Positions 1 to 10,538 of a stretch of 32,000 nucleotides of DNA are shown here, piece by piece (position 1 is the stretch's first letter; the number at the start of each line of letters is the position of its first letter). Both the position numbers and the translations under genes were made by a program. The notes beneath the pieces are model-generated. The model did not search any database and was not told the origin of the DNA. It saw only the letters and a program-made list of their open reading frames with translations. The DNA is from Wigglesworthia glossinidia endosymbiont of Glossina brevipalpis (GTDB taxonomy: Bacteria > Pseudomonadota > Gammaproteobacteria > Enterobacterales > Enterobacteriaceae): NCBI GenBank assembly GCA_000008885.1, contig BA000021.3:360001-392000 (forward strand). Reading direction: 5' to 3'.

Positions 1-153
1 ACAAATGATAAACTAACTTGAAATGAAATTCAACTAATTTTAATAAATCTTAAAATAAAAATTTTAAGTAAAAATATAAAAAAATAAAATATTTTTATTA
101 TCAATTTATTTGTCAAGTTTAAAAAACAAATCCATAAACTATTTAGGTATAAC

Positions 154-1338
154 ATGAAAATAATAAAAGTTACAGATTTAAATTTAAAAGACAAAAAAGT
201 GCTTATAAGGTCTGATCTTAATGTTCCTATTAAAAATGGTAAAATTATGTGTAATATGCGAATAATAAAATCTTTAGAAACTATAAATTTCGTAATAAAA
301 AATGAAGCTAAATGTGTTATTGTAGCATCCCACCTTGGGAATCCTATAGAAGAAAAGTACGACTATAATTTTTCTCTAACACACATTGTAAATCATATGA
401 AAAAAATTATAAAATATCCAATAAGATTAATACAAAATTATTTAAACGGTTTTGAAGCAAAAGAAAAAGAAATTATTGTTTTAGAAAACGTAAGATTCAA
501 TCCAGGAGAAAGAAAAAATGACAAAAATTTATCAAAAAAATATGCTAATTTATGTGATATATTAGTCATGGATTCTTTCGGATCTTCTCATAGATCAGAA
601 TCATCAACAACAGGTATTATTAAGTTTGCACCTATTAGTTGCATAGGACTTCTTTTTTTAAAAGAAATAAAATATTTAAAAAAAGCATTATTTAATTCTA
701 AAAGACCAATAGTTACAATTTTTGGAGGATCAAAAATATCAACTAAATTAGGAGTTATAGAAAAATTATCTAACATTTCTGAAAATGTTTTAGTAGGAGG
801 AGGAATAGCAAATACTATTCTTTTTTCTAAAGGACATAATATAGGAAAATCTTTACACGATAAAAATAATATAAGTAAAATTAAAAAATTTTTATATAAA
901 AAAAATATAATAATTCCAAAAGATTTTATAGTTACTGATAATATTAATAAATTTTCTTCGTACAAAGAAAAATCTATAAAAGAAATAAAAAACGAGGATT
1001 ATATAGTTGATATAGGGAAAAAATCCTGCGAATGTTTTATTAAAATTATAAAAAAAGCAAAAACAATATTTTGGAACGGGCCTCTAGGCTTGATAGAGAT
1101 TAAACAATTTAGAAATGGAACTAAAGAAATAGCTAATTCTGTAATTCATAGTTCAGCAAAATCAATAATAGGAGGAGGAGAAACAGTTCTTGCTATGAGA
1201 ATGTTCAATTTTATTGATCGTTTTTCATATATTTCTACAGGAGGAGGAGCATTTTTATCTTTTATAGAAAAACAAGAACTTCCTGTTCTATCAGAATTAA
1301 AAAAATTCAAAAAATATACAAACTTTAAACAAAACTAA
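154..1338 (+). CDS. pgk: phosphoglycerate kinase
   Basis: 394-aa ORF. N-terminus MKIIKVTDLNLKDKKVLIRSDLNVP and motifs VLENVRFNPGE, FGGSKISTKL, GGGIANT, STGGGAFL are colinear with enterobacterial Pgk. fbaA follows 22 bp downstream, as in the E. coli pgk-fbaA operon. Confidence 0.97.
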   Translation: MKIIKVTDLNLKDKKVLIRSDLNVPIKNGKIMCNMRIIKSLETINFVIKNEAKCVIVASHLGNPIEEKYDYNFSLTHIVNHMKKIIKYPIRLIQNYLNGFEAKEKEIIVLENVRFNPGERKNDKNLSKKYANLCDILVMDSFGSSHRSESSTTGIIKFAPISCIGLLFLKEIKYLKKALFNSKRPIVTIFGGSKISTKLGVIEKLSNISENVLVGGGIANTILFSKGHNIGKSLHDKNNISKIKKFLYKKNIIIPKDFIVTDNINKFSSYKEKSIKEIKNEDYIVDIGKKSCECFIKIIKKAKTIFWNGPLGLIEIKQFRNGTKEIANSVIHSSAKSIIGGGETVLAMRMFNFIDRFSYISTGGGAFLSFIEKQELPVLSELKKFKKYTNFKQN

Positions 1339-1360
1339 ATTTAAAAAAGAGTAAAATTTT

Positions 1361-2431
1361 ATGTCTAACATTTTAGATTCAATAAATACAGGCGTGATTT
1401 ATGGAAAAGATATAGAAAAATTATTTTCTTTTGCTAAAGAAAAAAAATTTGCTATACCAGCAATAAATTGTATTGGTACTGATTCTATAAATGCAGCGTT
1501 AGAGGCCGCATCTATATATAGATCTCCAATTATAATTCAATTTTCTCATGGAGGGTCATCATTTATAGCAGGAAAAAAAATGAATTGCAACAAAGGTGCA
1601 ATTTTAGGAGCGATATCTGGAGCTTTGCATGTTCATAACATATCAAAAGAATACAAAATACCAGTAATATTACATACCGATCATTGTTCTAAAAACATTT
1701 TACCTTGGATAGATGAACTATTAAAAGAAAGTGAAAAAAGATTTTTTAATTTTGGAAAGCCATTATTTTCTTCTCATATGATAGATTTATCTTCAGAACC
1801 ATTGGAAGAAAATATAAAAATTAGTAAAAAATATTTAGAAAAAATGAAAAGATTGAATATTATTCTAGAAATAGAACTAGGGTGTACTGGAGGTGAAGAA
1901 GATGGAATCATAGGGGAAAAAGCAAATGATAATAAATTATACACCAACCCAAAAGATGTTTGTTATGCATATGAAAATTTAACAAAAGTTGGATCAAATT
2001 TCATTGTAGCAGCTTCTTTTGGAAACTGTCACGGAGTATATAATCCAGGAAATGTAAAATTAAAACCTTGTATATTACAGTTGTCTCAAGAATATGTTTC
2101 TAAAAAATTTAGATTAAATAAAAATCCATTAAATCTTGTTTTTCACGGAGGATCAGGATCTTCATATGAAGATATAAAAAAATCTATTGAATATGGAGTA
2201 ATAAAAATGAATATTGATACAGATACACAATGGGCAACATGGAATGGAGTTTTAAATTTTTATAAAAAAAATAAAAATTATCTTAAATCTCAATTGGGAA
2301 ATCCGGAAGGTAAAAATAAACCAAATAAAAAATTTTATGACCCAAGAAATTGGATTAGTCATGCTAAAAATTCTATGATAATAAAATTAAAAAGCATATT
2401 TAAATTATTAAATTCTATAAATGTTTTATAA
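1361..2431 (+). CDS. fbaA: fructose-bisphosphate aldolase, class II
   Basis: 356-aa ORF with HTDHC, ELGCTGGEEDG, FGNCHGVY, FHGGSGS and MNIDTDTQWA motifs. Colinear with E. coli FbaA over its full length. Confidence 0.97.
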   Translation: MSNILDSINTGVIYGKDIEKLFSFAKEKKFAIPAINCIGTDSINAALEAASIYRSPIIIQFSHGGSSFIAGKKMNCNKGAILGAISGALHVHNISKEYKIPVILHTDHCSKNILPWIDELLKESEKRFFNFGKPLFSSHMIDLSSEPLEENIKISKKYLEKMKRLNIILEIELGCTGGEEDGIIGEKANDNKLYTNPKDVCYAYENLTKVGSNFIVAASFGNCHGVYNPGNVKLKPCILQLSQEYVSKKFRLNKNPLNLVFHGGSGSSYEDIKKSIEYGVIKMNIDTDTQWATWNGVLNFYKKNKNYLKSQLGNPEGKNKPNKKFYDPRNWISHAKNSMIIKLKSIFKLLNSINVL

Positions 2432-2540
2432 TTTAAATAATTTTTTAATTAATAATTTTGCAATTTTTTTATTTAATCATTAATTAATAAAAAAATTATT
2501 TTTTAATATAATTAACGTTATTTAACATTAATAAATTTAA

Positions 2541-3293
2541 ATGAATATATTATTAAGCAATGATGATGGAATATATTCTCCTGGAATACAAAAGCTATCA
2601 AAAAAATTAAAAAAATTTTTAAACGTACAAGTTATTGCTCCAAGCTGCGACAAAAGTGGATCTTCAAGTTCTTTAACTATTAATAATCCATTAAAAGTGC
2701 ATAAATTTTCTAACGGAGACATAACTGTTTATTCTGGAACTCCAATAGATTGTGTATATCTTGGAATTAATTTTTTCATGAAACCTAAGCCAGATTTTGT
2801 TGTTTCAGGAATTAATTTAGGAGCAAATTTAGGAGATGATGTTTTTTATTCTGGAACTGTAGGAGCAGCTATGGAAGGAAGATATTTGAAATATTCTTCA
2901 TTAGCAATATCTTTAGATGGAAATAAACATTTAGATGTTGCTGTAGAAATAGTATATAAATTTTTAAAATTTTTATTAAATAATCCTTTTAGAAAAAAAT
3001 ATATATTAAATATAAATATACCAGATTCTCCTTTAAAATATATTAAAGGATTTAAAATCACTAAATGTGGAAGAAAAAATTTTAAAAATACTGTAATAAA
3101 ATCAAAAGATTCTGAAAATAAAAATATATTTTGGATAGGACCAAAAACAAATTGTTACAATGAAAGCATAGGAACTGACTTTCATGCTATTAAAAATAAT
3201 TACATTTCAGTTACTCCATTATTATCAAATCTAACTAATAATAAAGAAATTAATTCTATTAGTAATTGGTTTGAAAATTTTTATAAAAGTTAA
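2541..3293 (+). CDS. surE: 5'/3'-nucleotidase SurE
   Basis: 250-aa ORF. N-terminal MNILLSNDDGIYSPGI and SGINLGANLGDDVFYSGTVGAAMEG are typical SurE signatures. Length matches E. coli SurE. Confidence 0.95.
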   Translation: MNILLSNDDGIYSPGIQKLSKKLKKFLNVQVIAPSCDKSGSSSSLTINNPLKVHKFSNGDITVYSGTPIDCVYLGINFFMKPKPDFVVSGINLGANLGDDVFYSGTVGAAMEGRYLKYSSLAISLDGNKHLDVAVEIVYKFLKFLLNNPFRKKYILNINIPDSPLKYIKGFKITKCGRKNFKNTVIKSKDSENKNIFWIGPKTNCYNESIGTDFHAIKNNYISVTPLLSNLTNNKEINSISNWFENFYKS

Positions 3294-3595
3294 AATTATT
3301 TTTAATAAAATTTACATTTTTTAATTTTATATTTATTTATAAATCATAAAATTTTTTTATTTAAAATACTTATAATAAAATAATAGTATATAATATTTTT
3401 ATAGATATAAATTTGAATTTTATATGAAATAAATTAAATTATGTGCAAAATATATTATAAATTAATAGTTATTTTTTTTATAATAATACAAATTACTTAT
3501 TTTATATTATTTAATATAAATTATAATTATTTGAAAATCAAAAAATCAGTAATATTATATAAAGTTTTGTATTTGTATTATAATAAAAAAAATAA

Positions 3596-4135
3596 TTTTT
3601 TCTTAAATTCATACCAAAAAAAATTATTGTTTTAGAAAAACAAAATAATTTTTATAAATTAATTTCTAAAAATTCTAAAAGTAGAGAAAAAATTTTAAAA
3701 AATTTAATTGAAGAAATTTTTACAGATGAAAAAAAAAATAAGTTATTAAAAAGAAAAAGTTCTAATTTAAAAAAAAACAAAGATTGGGTATTTCCAGTAA
3801 AAGAAAAAACAAAAGTTATTCATTCTGATAAAAGATTAGAAATACATGGAATAAAAGGACAACCAATTTTAGCTTCTCGATCAGGTATAGTTGTGTATTC
3901 TGGAGATAAGATAAAAGGATATGGAAATTTAATAATTTTAAAACATGATAATAATTATTTAAGTATATATGCACATAATGATAATTTATTAGTTTATAAT
4001 AAACAAAAAGTAAAATACGGACAAAAAATAGCTACTATGGGAAATAGTGGAACAAATATAGTTAAATTAAAGTTTGAAATTAGGCACAAAGGAAAATTAA
4101 TAGACCCATTTTTTTTAATTGATAAAAAAAATTAA
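3596..4135 (+). CDS. nlpD: NlpD-like LytM/M23-domain protein (murein hydrolase activator); start unresolved, possibly frameshifted
   Basis: The frame is open from 3596 to stop 4133-4135, about 180 codons, which is very unlikely by chance in DNA this AT-rich. The translation [112 protein letters not shown] is colinear with the C-terminal LytM domain of E. coli NlpD ([55 protein letters not shown]). There is no in-frame ATG/GTG/TTG before GTG 3893, which lies inside the domain. Its position just after surE matches surE-(pcm)-nlpD synteny. Confidence 0.7.
   Translation, partial: [179 protein letters not shown]
3616..3623 (+). repeat. A8 homopolymer at the junction of the two nlpD-region reading frames
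   Basis: Read directly: ccAAAAAAAAtt. It lies inside the only interval (3596-3632) where ORF 3441..3635 and the NlpD-domain frame are both open. Confidence 0.9.
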
Positions 4136-4199
4136 TTTTTTTGCAAATTATATAAAAATTATTTTTAATTTTAATTAAATAATATGAATCATATTTTAT

Positions 4200-5336
4200 A
4201 TGAAAATTTTAATTGATAATAATATAATATTTTCTTACTCTTTATTTAAAAAAATTGGAAAAGTAAATCTTATAAATTCGATAGACATAAATGCAAAAAA
4301 TATATCAGGATTTGATGCTTTAATAATTAAATCAAGCACTAATGTAAATGAAAATTTATTAAAAAACAGCAACATAAAATTTATTGGAAGTGCAACTTCT
4401 GGGAAAGATCATGTAGATGTTGATTGGTTGAAAAAAAATAAAATAAATTTTGATTTTGCACCTGGATGTAACTCTGTTGCAGTAGCTGAATATGTTTTTT
4501 CTAGCATGTTATATTTTGCTTATCGTGATAAATTTTCTTTATTAAAAAAAACAGTTGGAATTGTTGGTTTTGGAAATATTGGAAAATGTTTAAACAAAAA
4601 ATTATCTGCAATAGGAGTTAAAACAATATTATGTGATCCTATTCTTGAAGAAAAAAATAACATAAAATTAAAATCTTTAAATGAAATCGTTCAAAATTCA
4701 GATATTATAACTTTACATGTTCCTTTAACTTATTCTGGAAAATATCCTACATGGCATTTAATAAATAAAAAAATACTTCTTGATCTAAAAGATAATTGCA
4801 TATTAATCAATACATCTAGAGGATCTGTAATAGATAATAATTCTTTATTAAATATATTAAAAGAAGGCAAACCAATTAGAGTTGTATTAGATGTATGGGA
4901 GAACGAACCTTTAATTTGTTCTAAATTATTATCATTAATAGATATAGGAACTCCTCATATAGCAGGACATAGTTTAGAAGGAAAAATCAAAGGAACAATT
5001 TCAATATTTAATTCTCTATGTAACTTTGTTGGTAAAAAAAACAAAAAATATTTTATTTCTTCTTTTATAGATCCATATGAAATAGAATATATTTCCATGA
5101 AAGGTAGAATTGACCAATCAAAAATTTATTTGTTGTCTCTTTTATCAAATAATATATTATATGACGACCATGAATTACGTAAAAATTTTAACAAAAAAAA
5201 TTGTTTTGTAAATTTAAGAAATTCTTATAGAAAACGTAGAGAATGGTCTTCTTTATTTATCAAATCTAATAATATATTGTTTTCTAATTTATTAAATAAA
5301 ATAGGATTTAATTCTAAATTTTTTAAAGAAAAATAA
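4200..5336 (+). CDS. pdxB: erythronate-4-phosphate dehydrogenase
   Basis: 378-aa ORF. It has the MKILIDNNI N-terminus, the NAD-binding motif GIVGFGNIG, and RGSVIDN and TPHIAGHSLEGK. Colinear with E. coli PdxB. Confidence 0.93.
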   Translation: MKILIDNNIIFSYSLFKKIGKVNLINSIDINAKNISGFDALIIKSSTNVNENLLKNSNIKFIGSATSGKDHVDVDWLKKNKINFDFAPGCNSVAVAEYVFSSMLYFAYRDKFSLLKKTVGIVGFGNIGKCLNKKLSAIGVKTILCDPILEEKNNIKLKSLNEIVQNSDIITLHVPLTYSGKYPTWHLINKKILLDLKDNCILINTSRGSVIDNNSLLNILKEGKPIRVVLDVWENEPLICSKLLSLIDIGTPHIAGHSLEGKIKGTISIFNSLCNFVGKKNKKYFISSFIDPYEIEYISMKGRIDQSKIYLLSLLSNNILYDDHELRKNFNKKNCFVNLRNSYRKRREWSSLFIKSNNILFSNLLNKIGFNSKFFKEK

Positions 5337-5374
5337 ATTTTTAAATTAAGATATTATATTTTTTAAATATATTT

Positions 5375-6169
5375 ATGAAAAAATTAGCTGCAGGAATTTC
5401 TTATCAAGGAAATAATTATTGTGGATGGCAGTCACAAAAAAATATCATTAGCATACAAGAATATGTAGAATTAGCTTTATTTAAATTTTCTGGAGAAAAA
5501 ATAAAAATATATTGTGCGGGCAGAACTGATGCTAAAGTACATGCTTTGTTGCAAGTGGTGCATTTTTATACTGATATAAAAAGATCTTATCGTCAATGGA
5601 TACTAGGAGTAAATAGTTACTTGCCGTATGATATATCCATAATGTGGGTAATAAAAGTACATAATAATTTTCATGCAAGATATAGTGCTATTGCAAAAAA
5701 GTATTTATATTTAATACATAATAATATTAGTAGATCTGGAATATTTAGAAAATATTGCTTTAATGTTTTTATATCATTGAATATTAATGATATGAAAAAA
5801 GCTGCTCAAAAATTAATAGGAAAACATGATTTTTCTTCTTTTAAAGGTAGTGAGTGTCAATCAAAAACAACATATAGAGTAATATATTATATAAGAATAA
5901 ATAAGTATAAAGAATATATTTTCGTAGAAATTAAAGCGAATTCTTTTTTAAATCACATGATGAGAAATATTATAGGAAATTTAATAGAAATTGGAAAAGG
6001 AAAAAAATCAAAAGAATGGATGTCAGAACTATTGTTTCTAAAAAATAATAAATTTTCTATTTTTTCTGCTGATCCTAAAGGTTTATATTTGTCTAATGTA
6101 TATTATCCTTTCTATTTTAATATTCCTAAATTTAATTTTAAATTAAAAAATTTTTTAAAAATTTTTTAA
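5375..6169 (+). CDS. truA: tRNA pseudouridine(38-40) synthase
   Basis: 264-aa ORF with the catalytic-Asp motif GRTDAKVHA, plus FHARYSA and KANSFLNHMMRNIIG. Colinear with TruA. Confidence 0.93.
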   Translation: MKKLAAGISYQGNNYCGWQSQKNIISIQEYVELALFKFSGEKIKIYCAGRTDAKVHALLQVVHFYTDIKRSYRQWILGVNSYLPYDISIMWVIKVHNNFHARYSAIAKKYLYLIHNNISRSGIFRKYCFNVFISLNINDMKKAAQKLIGKHDFSSFKGSECQSKTTYRVIYYIRINKYKEYIFVEIKANSFLNHMMRNIIGNLIEIGKGKKSKEWMSELLFLKNNKFSIFSADPKGLYLSNVYYPFYFNIPKFNFKLKNFLKIF

Positions 6170-6272
6170 TTTAAAATTATTTGTTTTTTTAAAAAATAAA
6201 TCATTTGATTTTTATTAAAAAGGTAGTAATTTCTATATATTAAAAAATTTTAAAAAATTATCAAATAAAAAC

Positions 6273-7133
6273 ATGAGTTGGATAGAAAGAATTTTAAAAA
6301 AAAACACTATAACAAAAAAAACCAATATACCAGAAGGTATATGGGTTAAATGCAATAATTGTAATCAAATGATTTATAAAATAGAACTTGAAAAAAATTT
6401 AGAAGTATGTCCCAAATGTAATTTCCACATGAGAATTTCAGCTAGAAAAAGATTAGAAAAATTTTTAGACAAAAACAATATATTAGAACTTGGAAAAAAT
6501 TTAGAACCAAAAGATATTCTTAAATTTAAAGATACCAAAAAATATAAAGATAGATTATATATAGCGCAAAAATTAACAAAAGAAAAAGATGCTATAATAG
6601 TAATGAAAGGATCGCTATACAAAATGCCAATTGTTGCAGCAGCATTTGAATTTTCATTTATAGGAGGATCTATGTCATCTGTTGTTGGAGAAAGATTTGT
6701 TTTTGGTGTAAATGAATCTATAAAATGTAATTGTCCAATGGTATGTTTTTCTGCTAGCGGAGGAGCAAGAGTACAGGAGGCTCTAATTTCTTTGATGCAA
6801 ATGGCTAAAACTTCAGCTGCGCTAAGCAAGTTGAGAAAAAAAAAAATTCCTTATATTTCCGTAATGACGGATCCCAGCATGGGTGGAGTATCTGCAAGCA
6901 TAGCTATGTTAGGAGATATAAACATTGCAGAACCTAAAGCTTTAATAGGATTTGCAGGACCAAGAGTTATAGAACAAACGGTTAGAGAAAAACTTCCAGA
7001 TAAATTTCAAAAAAGTGAATTCTTAATACAAAAAGGAATTATTGATTTAATTATAAAAAGAAAAAATATGAGGTTTTCTATAGGAAAATTATTAGCAAAA
7101 ATTACTAATAAGCCAGAACCTAAAAAAGAATAA
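6273..7133 (+). CDS. accD: acetyl-CoA carboxylase carboxyltransferase subunit beta
   Basis: 286-aa ORF. It has the MSWIERI N-terminus, the four-Cys zinc ribbon CNNC...CPKC, and [11 protein letters not shown] and [11 protein letters not shown]. Confidence 0.96.
   Translation: MSWIERILKKNTITKKTNIPEGIWVKCNNCNQMIYKIELEKNLEVCPKCNFHMRISARKRLEKFLDKNNILELGKNLEPKDILKFKDTKKYKDRLYIAQKLTKEKDAIIVMKGSLYKMPIVAAAFEFSFIGGSMSSVVGERFVFGVNESIKCNCPMVCFSASGGARVQEALISLMQMAKTSAALSKLRKKKIPYISVMTDPSMGGVSASIAMLGDINIAEPKALIGFAGPRVIEQTVREKLPDKFQKSEFLIQKGIIDLIIKRKNMRFSIGKLLAKITNKPEPKKE
6836..6846 (+). repeat. A11 homopolymer inside accD (codons R-K-K-K-I)
   Basis: Read directly: ttgagAAAAAAAAAAAttcc. The accD frame is intact across it. 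Confidence 0.95.
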
Positions 7134-7170
7134 AAATAAATATTTATGTTAATTATTTCAACGTAAAATA

Positions 7171-8457
7171 ATGAAAAAACTTTTAATTCCTAATACGCAT
7201 TCTTCTATTAAAGATTGGACTAATTATATTTCTAAATTGCATTACAAAGAAATAGATCTAAGATTAGACAGAGTATATTACTTTGCTAAAAGATTAAATT
7301 TATTAAAACCAGCACCAATTACAATTGTTGTTGGAGGAACAAATGGAAAAGGAAGCACATGTAGATTTTTAGAATTAATGTTTATATATAGTAATATAAA
7401 AGTAGGAGTATATAGTTCACCACACTTGATTAATTATAATGAACGAATTAGACTTCATGGAAATGAAGTTTCAGACGAGGAATGTATTAATGCAATGAAT
7501 TTTATTAATAAAATAATAAAAAAAACATCTATCAGTTATTTTGAATTTAGCACGTTAGTAGCTTTATTAATATTTAAAAGTAAAAAACTTGATGTTGTTA
7601 TTCTAGAAGTAGGATTAGGAGGTAGATTAGATGCCACAAATGTAGTAGATATAGATATATCTGTAGTTACAAATGTCTCAATAGATCATACTGAATTTTT
7701 AGGAAAAAATTGTTCTGAAATAGCAAAAGAAAAATCTGGAATTTTTAGATATAAAAAATTGTCTATATTTGGTGGATTTAACAATCTTTTAAATTTTAAA
7801 TCAGCTTCTGAATATTATAAATCAATACCATATTTTTTGAATGTTCATTGGTTTTATAAAAAAAATAAAAAATATTGGATGTGGAGTAATAAAACTAATA
7901 ATATATTTCTTCCATATCCTATTCTCAATATAGAGAATGCAGCTACAGCATTAGCTGTGATAAAATCTCTACCTTTTACAATACCTTACCAATCTATATT
8001 TAAAGGATTAAAAACAGCGACTCTACCTGGAAGGTTTCAAATAATTAATAAAAAACCATTTATTATATTAGATGTAGCACATAATCCTAGTTCTGCTAAA
8101 CATTTAGCAAAAAAAATTAAAAGAATAAAAAAAAATTTTTCTATTATTTATGCAATCATAGGAATGTTGTCAGATAAAGATATAAAAAACACATTAAAAT
8201 ATTTTATTAAAATCATTGATATATGGAACTGTGCTTCTTTATCAGAATTTCCAAGAGGAGCAAGCTGTGAAGAAATATCAATTTTTTTAAATAAAAATAA
8301 AGAAAAAAACAATGTAAAAAATTTTAAAAATGTTATAAGTGCTTTTAAATACGTTATAAACATTGCTACAAAAAAAGATTGTATATTAATATTTGGATCA
8401 TTTTATACAATATCTTATATTCTTAAAAATAAAAAAAATATTTATTATAAAATATAA
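7171..8457 (+). CDS. folC: bifunctional dihydrofolate synthase / folylpolyglutamate synthase
   Basis: 428-aa ORF with P-loop GGTNGKGST, plus SSPHL, EVGLGGRLDATN, DHTEFLG, LPGRFQ and DVAHNP. Colinear with E. coli FolC. Confidence 0.94.
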   Translation: MKKLLIPNTHSSIKDWTNYISKLHYKEIDLRLDRVYYFAKRLNLLKPAPITIVVGGTNGKGSTCRFLELMFIYSNIKVGVYSSPHLINYNERIRLHGNEVSDEECINAMNFINKIIKKTSISYFEFSTLVALLIFKSKKLDVVILEVGLGGRLDATNVVDIDISVVTNVSIDHTEFLGKNCSEIAKEKSGIFRYKKLSIFGGFNNLLNFKSASEYYKSIPYFLNVHWFYKKNKKYWMWSNKTNNIFLPYPILNIENAATALAVIKSLPFTIPYQSIFKGLKTATLPGRFQIINKKPFIILDVAHNPSSAKHLAKKIKRIKKNFSIIYAIIGMLSDKDIKNTLKYFIKIIDIWNCASLSEFPRGASCEEISIFLNKNKEKNNVKNFKNVISAFKYVINIATKKDCILIFGSFYTISYILKNKKNIYYKI

Positions 8458-8537
8458 TAAAATAAATAATAAATATTTTGTTTTAAATTTAAAAAATTAA
8501 ATTATATTTAATAATTTATTTGTAAAAGGAGATATAC

Positions 8538-9026
8538 ATGATTGCTACCGATTATTTTATCGCTAGCATTATAATTTTTTCTGCTTTAATAGGTTTAATA
8601 AGAGGTTTGATTAGTGAAATATTTTCTTTAGTTATTTGGATAACTGCAATATTTCTTTCTAGCAAATATTATCATTTTTTTTCTAATTTCTTTACTTTTT
8701 TTGAAGAGAAATACATAAGAAATATAATTTCTATGTTTTTTATTTTCTTATTGGTATTAATTGTTGGAACAATAACTAATAATTATTTAAATAATTTTAC
8801 TAATAAAATTGGGTTATCTTTATTAAATAAATTTTTAGGAATGTGCTTTGGAGTGTTACGTGGTATTTTAATTATCTCAATTTTAATATTTATATTAAAA
8901 AAATTTACAAATTACACAAATAGTATGCATTGGATTAATTCAAAATTAATTCCCTATTTTGATTATATAATTATATGGATAATTAAAATTATAGAAAAAA
9001 TAATAAACATGTATAAAAATATTTAA
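8538..9026 (+). CDS. cvpA: colicin V production membrane protein CvpA
   Basis: 162-aa multi-TM ORF colinear with E. coli CvpA (IRGLISE.., GVLRGILIISIL). SD AAGGAG at 8526-8531. Conserved position between folC and purF. Confidence 0.9.
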   Translation: MIATDYFIASIIIFSALIGLIRGLISEIFSLVIWITAIFLSSKYYHFFSNFFTFFEEKYIRNIISMFFIFLLVLIVGTITNNYLNNFTNKIGLSLLNKFLGMCFGVLRGILIISILIFILKKFTNYTNSMHWINSKLIPYFDYIIIWIIKIIEKIINMYKNI

Positions 9027-9053
9027 AACTTAATTTTTATAAGGAAGCGCGCA

Positions 9054-10466
9054 ATGTGCGGTGTTATTGGAATTTCTGGGGTTAATTCAATTTCTCAATC
9101 TATTTATGATGCTTTAACAGTTTTGCAGCATCGTGGGCAAGATTCCGCTGGAATTACAACGATAGATAAGTTTAATTGTTTTCGTGTGCATAAATCTAGT
9201 GGATTAGTGAAAGATGTTTTTAAACCAAATGATATAAAATATTTAAAAGGTAAAATGGGAATTGGTCATGTACGTTATCCCACTACCAGAGAAAAAAATA
9301 TATATGAAGCCCAACCACTATATGTAAACTCTCCTTTTGGAATTACTTTAGCTCACAATGGTAATATAATAAATACAAAATTTTTAAAAAAACAATTGTT
9401 CGAAACTCAGAGAAGGCATATAAATACAAATTCAGATTCTGAAATTTTATTAAATATTTTTGCATCTGAATTAAATCAATTCCATAATTATCCTTTGCAT
9501 TATGAAAATATTTTTTCAGCAATAAAAAATACACATAAAAGAGTAAAAGGAGCATATTCTTGTGTAGGAATGATTATAGGACATGGGTTATTTGCATTTA
9601 GAGACCCTTATGGAATTAGACCATTAGTATTAGGGGAACGTACTCTTTCATGCAAAAAAGAGTACATAATAGCATCTGAAACAGTTGCTTTAGATATATT
9701 AGGATTTAAACATTTACGTGATGTTGCTCCAGGAGAGGGGGTGTTATTAACTAACAGTGGAAAGCTTTTGACCAAGCAGTGTTCTTTAACTTCAAACTAT
9801 TGCCCTTGTTTATTTGAATATATTTATTTTTCTAGACCAGATTCTATTATAGACAAGATATCTGTTTACACAGCTAGAATGAAAATGGGACAAATTTTAG
9901 GAAAAAAAATATCTAGAGAATGGAAAAATTTGAATATTGATGCTGTAATTCCTATACCAGAAACATCTTGTGATGTAGCATTAGAAATAGCTCGAATATT
10001 AAAAATACCATATAGGCAAGGATTTGTGAAAAATAGATATGTCGGAAGAACATTTATAATGTCTAATCCAAGCATTAGAAAAAAATCAATAAGATATAAA
10101 TTTAATGTAAATAAAGCTGAATTTTACAAAAAACAAGTACTCTTGGTAGATGATTCGATTGTAAGAGGAAATACATCTAAGCAAATTGTAGAAATGGCAA
10201 GAGATGCAGGTGCAAATAGCGTATATTTAGCATCAGCTTCTCCGGAAATTAGATTTCCCAACATATATGGAATTGATATACCAGATTCAGAAGAACTAAT
10301 AGCACATCAAAAATCATTAAATGATATAAGAATATCGATTAAAGCTGATGCTTTAATTTTTCAAAATCTTAATGATTTAGAAAAATCCCTTAAAAAATTT
10401 AATCCAAAAATAAAAAATTTTGAATCGTCCATATTTAATGGAATATATCCAACTTCTTTAATATAA
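9054..10466 (+). CDS. purF: amidophosphoribosyltransferase
   Basis: 470-aa ORF. It has the N-terminal nucleophile MCGVIGI, plus [27 protein letters not shown] and the PRPP motif [21 protein letters not shown] at 9041-9045. It is shorter at the C-terminus than E. coli PurF. Confidence 0.97.
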   Translation: MCGVIGISGVNSISQSIYDALTVLQHRGQDSAGITTIDKFNCFRVHKSSGLVKDVFKPNDIKYLKGKMGIGHVRYPTTREKNIYEAQPLYVNSPFGITLAHNGNIINTKFLKKQLFETQRRHINTNSDSEILLNIFASELNQFHNYPLHYENIFSAIKNTHKRVKGAYSCVGMIIGHGLFAFRDPYGIRPLVLGERTLSCKKEYIIASETVALDILGFKHLRDVAPGEGVLLTNSGKLLTKQCSLTSNYCPCLFEYIYFSRPDSIIDKISVYTARMKMGQILGKKISREWKNLNIDAVIPIPETSCDVALEIARILKIPYRQGFVKNRYVGRTFIMSNPSIRKKSIRYKFNVNKAEFYKKQVLLVDDSIVRGNTSKQIVEMARDAGANSVYLASASPEIRFPNIYGIDIPDSEELIAHQKSLNDIRISIKADALIFQNLNDLEKSLKKFNPKIKNFESSIFNGIYPTSLI

Positions 10467-10538
10467 TTAATTTTATATTATTAATTTATTATCATTTATA
10501 TGATAAAATTATTTTCTAAAAATTTTTATATTTAAAAT

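Noticed and set aside
9054-10466. PurF is about 35 residues shorter at the C-terminus than E. coli PurF, and LptA about 28 residues shorter than E. coli LptA. I considered whether these are truncations or pseudogenisation.
   Set aside because: All catalytic and structural core motifs are intact. The missing parts correspond to poorly conserved tails. This is typical protein shortening in reduced genomes.
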